From: Gemmatimonadales bacterium | Lineage (GTDB): Bacteria; Gemmatimonadota; Gemmatimonadetes; Gemmatimonadales; GWC2-71-9 | DNA length: 64,000 nucleotides | Direction: 5' to 3' | NCBI GenBank assembly: GCA_013812695.1 | Contig: JACCSZ010000190.1 | Coordinates: 497-64,496, forward strand | Shown here: piece after piece, positions 59,182-64,000 of the stretch | Numbering within the stretch: position 1 is the stretch's first letter | How the letters are laid out: each line of letters begins with the position of its first letter | The notes under the pieces: generated by a model | Database searches by the model: none | Told to the model about the DNA's origin: nothing | Seen by the model: the letters and a program-made list of their open reading frames with translations, nothing else | Program-made: the position numbers and the translations under genes

Positions 59182-60249
59182 TCAGGCGCGTTGCCGCATG
59201 GCGCGAAGCCGCCCCACCACGCCCGTGGGAAAGTAATAGACCGACAGCACGAAGAGCAATCCCAGCCACAGCAGCCAGCGATCGGGCGAGAGCAGCGCCG
59301 ACAGCCAGGGCAGGCCGGAAGCGGTGTCGCTGCCGAGCCTGAGCAAGTCCTGCAGGTAGCTCTGGGCGATGACGAAGACGCCCGAGCCGATGGCCGCCCC
59401 GTAGATGGTGCCCATTCCGCCAATGACCACGATCAGCAGGACGTCCAGCATGATTTCGAAGGAAAGGGATGTGTCCGGCCCGTTGTAGCGAAGCCAGATC
59501 GCAAGCATCGCGCCCGCCACGGTGGCGAACAGCGCCGACAGGATGCTCGACGTGGTGCGGTAGACAACCACCCGGTAGCCGATCGCTTCGGCCCGGAACT
59601 CGTTCTCGCGGATCGCCTGCAGCACGCGCCCGAATGGCGAGTTGACGATGCGCAGCATGGCCAGCAGCAGCGCGAGCGCCGTGAAGAACAACAGGTAGTA
59701 GCAGATCAGCCGGCCGTCGAGCATGACGCCCAGGAACGGCGTCTCGGACATCTGATAGCCCGGCGACAGCACCTCGGGCATCTTGAACGTGAGCCCGTCC
59801 TCGCCGCCAGTGACTTCCGACAGCTGGGACGCCAGCGTCTGGAACGCCGCCGCAACGGCCAGCGTGATCATCGAAAAGAAGATCGCCCGCACCCGCAAGG
59901 AGAACAGGCCGACGAGCAGCGCCAGCACGAAGGACAGGGCGAGCGCGGCCGCCAGGCCGGTGGCGATGGCCGGCCAGCCCGGGCCCATTCGCGTGGACGC
60001 GATGGCGATGCCGTAAGCGCCGATGCCGAAGAACATGGTGTGGGCGAAACTCACGATCCCGGTGTAGCCCAGCAGCAGGTCGAAGCTCGCCACGAGCACC
60101 ACGAACACCAGGATCTTGGCCGCCACGTTGAGCGCCTTCACGCCCGGGAAGATGAAAGGCATGAAGGCCAGCGCCAGCAGCAGGCCGACCAGCACCACGG
60201 CCAGGATGCGGTTGCGGGGGAAATCGTTCGAAAGAAGTCGCGTCAGCAT
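59182..60249 (-). CDS. livM: Branched-chain amino acid ABC transporter permease (LivM-like)
   Basis: LLLGYTGIVSFAHTMFFGIGAYG and a polytopic body. Confidence 0.85.
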   Translation of the reverse strand: MLTRLLSNDFPRNRILAVVLVGLLLALAFMPFIFPGVKALNVAAKILVFVVLVASFDLLLGYTGIVSFAHTMFFGIGAYGIAIASTRMGPGWPAIATGLAAALALSFVLALLVGLFSLRVRAIFFSMITLAVAAAFQTLASQLSEVTGGEDGLTFKMPEVLSPGYQMSETPFLGVMLDGRLICYYLLFFTALALLLAMLRIVNSPFGRVLQAIRENEFRAEAIGYRVVVYRTTSSILSALFATVAGAMLAIWLRYNGPDTSLSFEIMLDVLLIVVIGGMGTIYGAAIGSGVFVIAQSYLQDLLRLGSDTASGLPWLSALLSPDRWLLWLGLLFVLSVYYFPTGVVGRLRAMRQRA

Positions 60250-60258
60250 ATTCTTGGT

Positions 60259-61233
60259 TTACTTGCTCAGCGCGTAGACGCCCTGGGGCCGCCACAGCAG
60301 GATGGCCATCATCAGCGCGATGTTGGAGAACAGCGCCGCCTTGGGGACGAGGAAGCCGGTGTAGTTGGCCATCAGGCCCACCAGCAACGCCCCGATCAGT
60401 GCGCCGGTGGTCGAACCCAGCCCGCCGATGATCAGCACGATGAAGATGAGCACATTGACCTGGGCGCCCATCTGCGGGATGACGTTCTGCTGGTACAGGC
60501 CCCACATCACCCCGCCCAGGCCCGCCAGGGCGCTGCCGACGACGAAGACGCCGATGAAAAGCACCTTGATGCGATAGCCGAGCGACTCGACCATTTCGCG
60601 GTCCTGCACCCCGGCGCGGATCAGGAGGCCGATCTTGGTATGAGTCAGCACCCACAGCAGGACGCCGAACACGACCAGCCCCACCACGACGGCGATGACG
60701 CGGTATTTTTCGACCGCGGCATCGCCCAGCAGGATGGTTCCACGCATGCCCTGCGGCAGGGGCAGCGGAATCTGCAGCGGGCCCCAGATCACCTTGATCA
60801 GCTCCTCGCCGATGATCATCCCGCCCATCGTGATGAGGATCTGCTTGAGGTGGTTTCCATACACCGGCCGAACGATGAAGCGCTCGAACGCCAGGCCGAC
60901 CGCGCCGGCGACGAGCATCGCGACGATCATGGCCGGAAGCACGGCCATCATGTTGCGCCACAGGCTCTCCGACGACGTGTAGTCGCCCATGCTGCCCAGC
61001 ACCGTGGTGGCAACGAAAGCCCCGAGCGCGATGAACACGCCGTGACCGAAGTTCAGCACGTCCATCAGGCCGAACACCAGCGTGAGGCCCGAGGCGATGA
61101 CGAAAATGATCATGCCCATGGCCAGGCCTGCGACCGTGAGCGTGACCCAGGTCGAGCCCGAACCGATGAACGGCAGCACGAGCAGCGCCAGCGCCGGCAC
61201 CAGGGCCATCGGTTTCCAGTCGAAATCTTTCAT
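60259..61233 (-). CDS. livH: Branched-chain amino acid ABC transporter permease (LivH-like)
   Basis: Start at MKDFDWKP. GLTLVFGLMDVLNFGHGVF motif. The 641-aa ORF-track version is rejected. Confidence 0.85.
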   Translation of the reverse strand: MKDFDWKPMALVPALALLVLPFIGSGSTWVTLTVAGLAMGMIIFVIASGLTLVFGLMDVLNFGHGVFIALGAFVATTVLGSMGDYTSSESLWRNMMAVLPAMIVAMLVAGAVGLAFERFIVRPVYGNHLKQILITMGGMIIGEELIKVIWGPLQIPLPLPQGMRGTILLGDAAVEKYRVIAVVVGLVVFGVLLWVLTHTKIGLLIRAGVQDREMVESLGYRIKVLFIGVFVVGSALAGLGGVMWGLYQQNVIPQMGAQVNVLIFIVLIIGGLGSTTGALIGALLVGLMANYTGFLVPKAALFSNIALMMAILLWRPQGVYALSK

Positions 61234-61319
61234 GAATCCCCCCACGCTTGTCACTTCGTGTCCTGCGCTGCCCCCCGAGGGGGCCCTCCCGCCTTGGAGC
61301 GGTCCTGCGTCGGTCGTCT

Positions 61320-62045
61320 TCATATCGCCAACCCCAGCAGCGAATGCTGCAAGGCCCCGTCTTCGGCCAGCTCCTTCATCGACCCGGCATGGACGACCAC
61401 GCCGTTGTCCATGACGGCGACGCTGTCCCCCAGCCGCTTGGCGAAATTGATGTTCTGCTCGACCAGCAGGATGGTGACGCCGCTGGCCTTGAGCTGGGCG
61501 AATGCGTCGATCATGTTGTTGATGATCGCGGGCGCCAGGCCCTTGCTCGGCTCGTCGATCAGCAGCAGCTCGCGCGGCTCCACGATCGCGCGTGCCACCG
61601 CCAGCATCTGTTTTTGCCCGCCGGAGAGCTTGCCCGCCGGATGGTTCCAGAACTTTTCGACCGCGGGGAACAGCGAAAAGATCCACTTCAGTCGCGCTTC
61701 GTCCATCTGTGCGGCGTTGCGGGCCGACCGCGCGGCCAGCAGCATGTTCTCCTGCACCGTGAGGTCGGCGAAGATGCCCATGCTCTCGGGGACATAGGCC
61801 ACGTTCATCGACGCGATTTCCGGCGTCGCGAGGCTTGTGATGTCGCGCCCGTTGAAGGCGATGGCCCCCTGGGACGCTCGCCACAGGCCCATGATGGTGC
61901 GCAGCGTGGTGGTCTTGCCGGCGCCATTGCGGCCCAGCAGCATGGTGAGCTTGCCGCGCGGCACGGACAGGTCCACGCCATGCAGGATGTGGTAGGCGCC
62001 GATGTGCGTGTGCACGCCGGAAAGTTCGAGCAGGTTCGCTTTCAT
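61320..62045 (-). CDS. livF: Branched-chain amino acid ABC transporter ATP-binding protein (LivF-like)
   Basis: Walker A GRNGAGKTTT, signature LSGGQKQML, Walker B LLLIDEPS. Confidence 0.9.
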   Translation of the reverse strand: MKANLLELSGVHTHIGAYHILHGVDLSVPRGKLTMLLGRNGAGKTTTLRTIMGLWRASQGAIAFNGRDITSLATPEIASMNVAYVPESMGIFADLTVQENMLLAARSARNAAQMDEARLKWIFSLFPAVEKFWNHPAGKLSGGQKQMLAVARAIVEPRELLLIDEPSKGLAPAIINNMIDAFAQLKASGVTILLVEQNINFAKRLGDSVAVMDNGVVVHAGSMKELAEDGALQHSLLGLAI

Positions 62046-62878
62046 GGCTGCTCTCCCCTTTCCCTTCGAGGGGAAACGCCGGGATGGGGGGGCGTCCCAT
62101 CCTGCGCGGAAGCGTTCTGGGCGGCAACGCCCAGATAAGCTTCCTGCACGATCGGCGAAGCGATGACTTCGGCCGGCGCGCCATCGGCGACCAACGTGCC
62201 GTTGTGCAGCACGATGATGCGGTCGGCCAGTTCGCGCACGACGTCCATCTTGTGCTCCACGAGCAGGATGGTCTTGCGCGGGTCCTCCTTGAGCTTGCGG
62301 ATCAGGTTCAGGATGACCGGGGCTTCGGCTGCGTTCATGCCCGCCGTCGGCTCGTCGAACATGAACACCTGCGACTCCAGCGCCATCAACAGCGCCACTT
62401 CCAGCTTGCGCTGGTCGCCATGAGGAAGGTTCGCCACCAGTTCATTTTCCTTGTCGGCCAGCGCCACCGCCGCCAGGATCTCGTCGGCGCGCGCGATCAG
62501 GCCGCGGTGATCGCTCCAGACGCTCCACAGGTTCAGCCCGCGCCGGTGTCCGCCCTCGCGCGTGGCCTGCACCGCCAGCCGGATGTTCTCCAGCACGGTG
62601 AGGCGCGGGAACAGGTTGGTGAGCTGGAAGGCCCGGCCCAGTCCCGCGCGGGTGCGCTGCGATACCGAGAAGCCGGACAGGTCGCGCCCATCGAGCGTGA
62701 CCTGCCCGGCGCTCGCCTTGAGCTGGCCTGAGATCAGGTTGAAGTAGGTCGTCTTTCCCGCGCCGTTCGGGCCGACGATGGCGGTGAGCGTGCCTGGCTG
62801 GAAAGCGCAGGTCACGGCATTCACCGCCACGTGGCCGCCGAAGCGGATGGTGAGGTCCCTGGTGGCGAGCAGGCTCAT
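62042..62878 (-). CDS. livG: Branched-chain amino acid ABC transporter ATP-binding protein (LivG-like) with an unusual C-terminal tail of about 27 aa
   Basis: Start at MSLLATRDLTIRFGG. Walker A GPNGAGKTT. LPHGDQRKLEVA. FMFDEPTAG. After the usual end (EAYLG) the frame continues through a GC-rich hairpin-containing stretch to an ATGA overlap with livF. Confidence 0.85.
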   Translation of the reverse strand: MSLLATRDLTIRFGGHVAVNAVTCAFQPGTLTAIVGPNGAGKTTYFNLISGQLKASAGQVTLDGRDLSGFSVSQRTRAGLGRAFQLTNLFPRLTVLENIRLAVQATREGGHRRGLNLWSVWSDHRGLIARADEILAAVALADKENELVANLPHGDQRKLEVALLMALESQVFMFDEPTAGMNAAEAPVILNLIRKLKEDPRKTILLVEHKMDVVRELADRIIVLHNGTLVADGAPAEVIASPIVQEAYLGVAAQNASAQDGTPPHPGVSPRRERGEQP

Positions 62879-62927
62879 GATTCCTTTGTTGCTTGCGGGA
62901 CAGATCTTCAGCTCTGTCCGCAACTGT

Positions 62928-64000
62928 TCAAGAACAAGTGCCGATCACGTAGTAATTCGTGCCGGTCTGCTTCAGCGTGGTTATCGTGAAGGTGTTCCAC
63001 AGCCCCATGTACTGCGCCGATCCGTTGGCGTAGGTGTAGCCGCCGGACGTGTAAGCCCGGCCGGCCGTCGTGTGGGCGTAGTTCGAAGATGTGTAGCAGG
63101 TGGCGGTCGGCGGCGCCGTGCCGGTGGTGGTGCCGCTGGCGGCCGCGGAAGCCGCACTTTCAGCGCCATTGCCGTCCACTGACTTGACGGTCCATGAATA
63201 GGTGGTGCCGGCCGCAAGGCCCGTGTCCGTGTAGTTCGTCACGGTGACGCCAAGCGCATTGACCTTGTTGCCGCCCCGATAGACGTTGTAGCTCGCGGCG
63301 CCGGTCACGCCGTTCCACGTGATGTTCATCGTGGTCGTCGTAGCGCCGGAAGTCGACACGCCAGTGGGCGCGGGCAGCGTGGAGGCCGGGGTGCCGCTGG
63401 ACAATTGGTCGACCATGGCCTTCACCGCCACCATCTGCGGGCCCGACTTCTTCGCGTAATTGACGCTGTCGTAGCCCCACCAGTCCCAGCAGCTGTTGGT
63501 GGCCGCGGTGCTGGTCTGCGGGTACAGCATGATGATCTTGTTGGTGTCGCCCCAGCGGTTGTAGCCCGTGCTGCGCACGTACTTGTCACCAACGAGGGTG
63601 TAGTTCTGCTGGCAGCCGTGGAACACCACATGGACGCGGCACTGCTGGCCACCGCTGCATGCGGAGGGAATGTAGGCCCATCCCGTCGGGGACATGCCGT
63701 GGTTGGTGATGAACTGGCTCTGGTTGAACTCGACGAAGTTGCCGGCGGGCAAGGCATTGGGGTTGCGGGCATTCAGCGGCCCGTAGATCTGCTGCAGGAT
63801 GGCGCCGGCCAGGTCGAAATTGCAATCGTTGATGTACGGACTGGCCTTGGTCGAGCAGGCGCTGCCGAAGTCATCGGTGATCATCGCGTGCTCGGCGGCG
63901 ATGTCCTTCTTGTAGATCACGTTGGCCGTGGGCACGAAGCTGTTGTAGTAGGTCTTGAGCGCGTCCATCACGCCGGGCTTGACGGTGCTGTCCAGCGAAC
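62928..64000 (-). CDS. Extracellular poly(3-hydroxybutyrate) depolymerase, 5' end off the window (catalytic domain - Fn3 linker - substrate-binding domain)
   Basis: The frame is open to the window edge. The catalytic-domain end carries VVFHGCQQ...LYPQ...NSCWDWWGY (oxyanion-His region at the C-terminal side, i.e. type-2 order). An Fn3 module follows (TTMNITWNGVTGAASYNVYRGGNKV...YSWTVKSVD). The C-terminal PHB-binding domain reads CYTSSNYAHTTAGRAYTSGGYTYANGSAQYMGL...YYVIGTC. Confidence 0.75.
   Translation of the reverse strand, partial: SLDSTVKPGVMDALKTYYNSFVPTANVIYKKDIAAEHAMITDDFGSACSTKASPYINDCNFDLAGAILQQIYGPLNARNPNALPAGNFVEFNQSQFITNHGMSPTGWAYIPSACSGGQQCRVHVVFHGCQQNYTLVGDKYVRSTGYNRWGDTNKIIMLYPQTSTAATNSCWDWWGYDSVNYAKKSGPQMVAVKAMVDQLSSGTPASTLPAPTGVSTSGATTTTMNITWNGVTGAASYNVYRGGNKVNALGVTVTNYTDTGLAAGTTYSWTVKSVDGNGAESAASAAASGTTTGTAPPTATCYTSSNYAHTTAGRAYTSGGYTYANGSAQYMGLWNTFTITTLKQTGTNYYVIGTCS

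Overview
The window has two parts. Positions 1 to about 46 kb are very GC-rich, roughly 70% or more by eye. The genes there are tightly packed, many with ATGA/GTGA/TTGA stop-start overlaps, and look like they come from a diderm, non-proteobacterial soil lineage. This part encodes:
- Mrp/ApbC
- an ECF sigma/anti-sigma envelope module
- a ubiE-ubiD-ubiA-ubiX quinone cluster
- mutM plus a Cho-like nuclease
- purD
- a Cys/Met PLP enzyme
- an HD-GYP response regulator
- a phosphohexomutase and glmS
- dtd and maf
- an FHA-GAF-adenylate cyclase
- trpE
- an Omp85-like protein
- an orphan GspE/PilB ATPase fused to a receiver domain
- hisC-hisB-hisH-NUDIX-hisF
- a hybrid histidine kinase
- a porin / FMN-binding / 4-TM / ApbE operon behind an AT-rich promoter with a Fur-box-like site
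- engB

Six intergenic loci in this part carry one family of palindromic REP-like repeats with core GTCAYCCYGAGCGNAGCGARGG.

From about 47 kb to 64 kb the DNA is visibly less GC-rich and has no copies of that repeat. Its gene content and order look like Betaproteobacteria/Burkholderiales:
- tRNA-Leu, tig, clpP, clpX
- an RND efflux pair
- a squalene-synthase-like gene plus hpnD
- a HAD hydrolase, hemH and an alpha/beta hydrolase
- livGFHM with an internally deleted binding-protein remnant
- a partial extracellular PHB depolymerase

The join between the two parts falls inside clpX. An assembly chimera, or an artificial or recombinational junction, must therefore be considered.

I found no CRISPR array, rRNA, integrase or transposase. 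All calls rest on reading the supplied translations and DNA by eye. No database searches were run.
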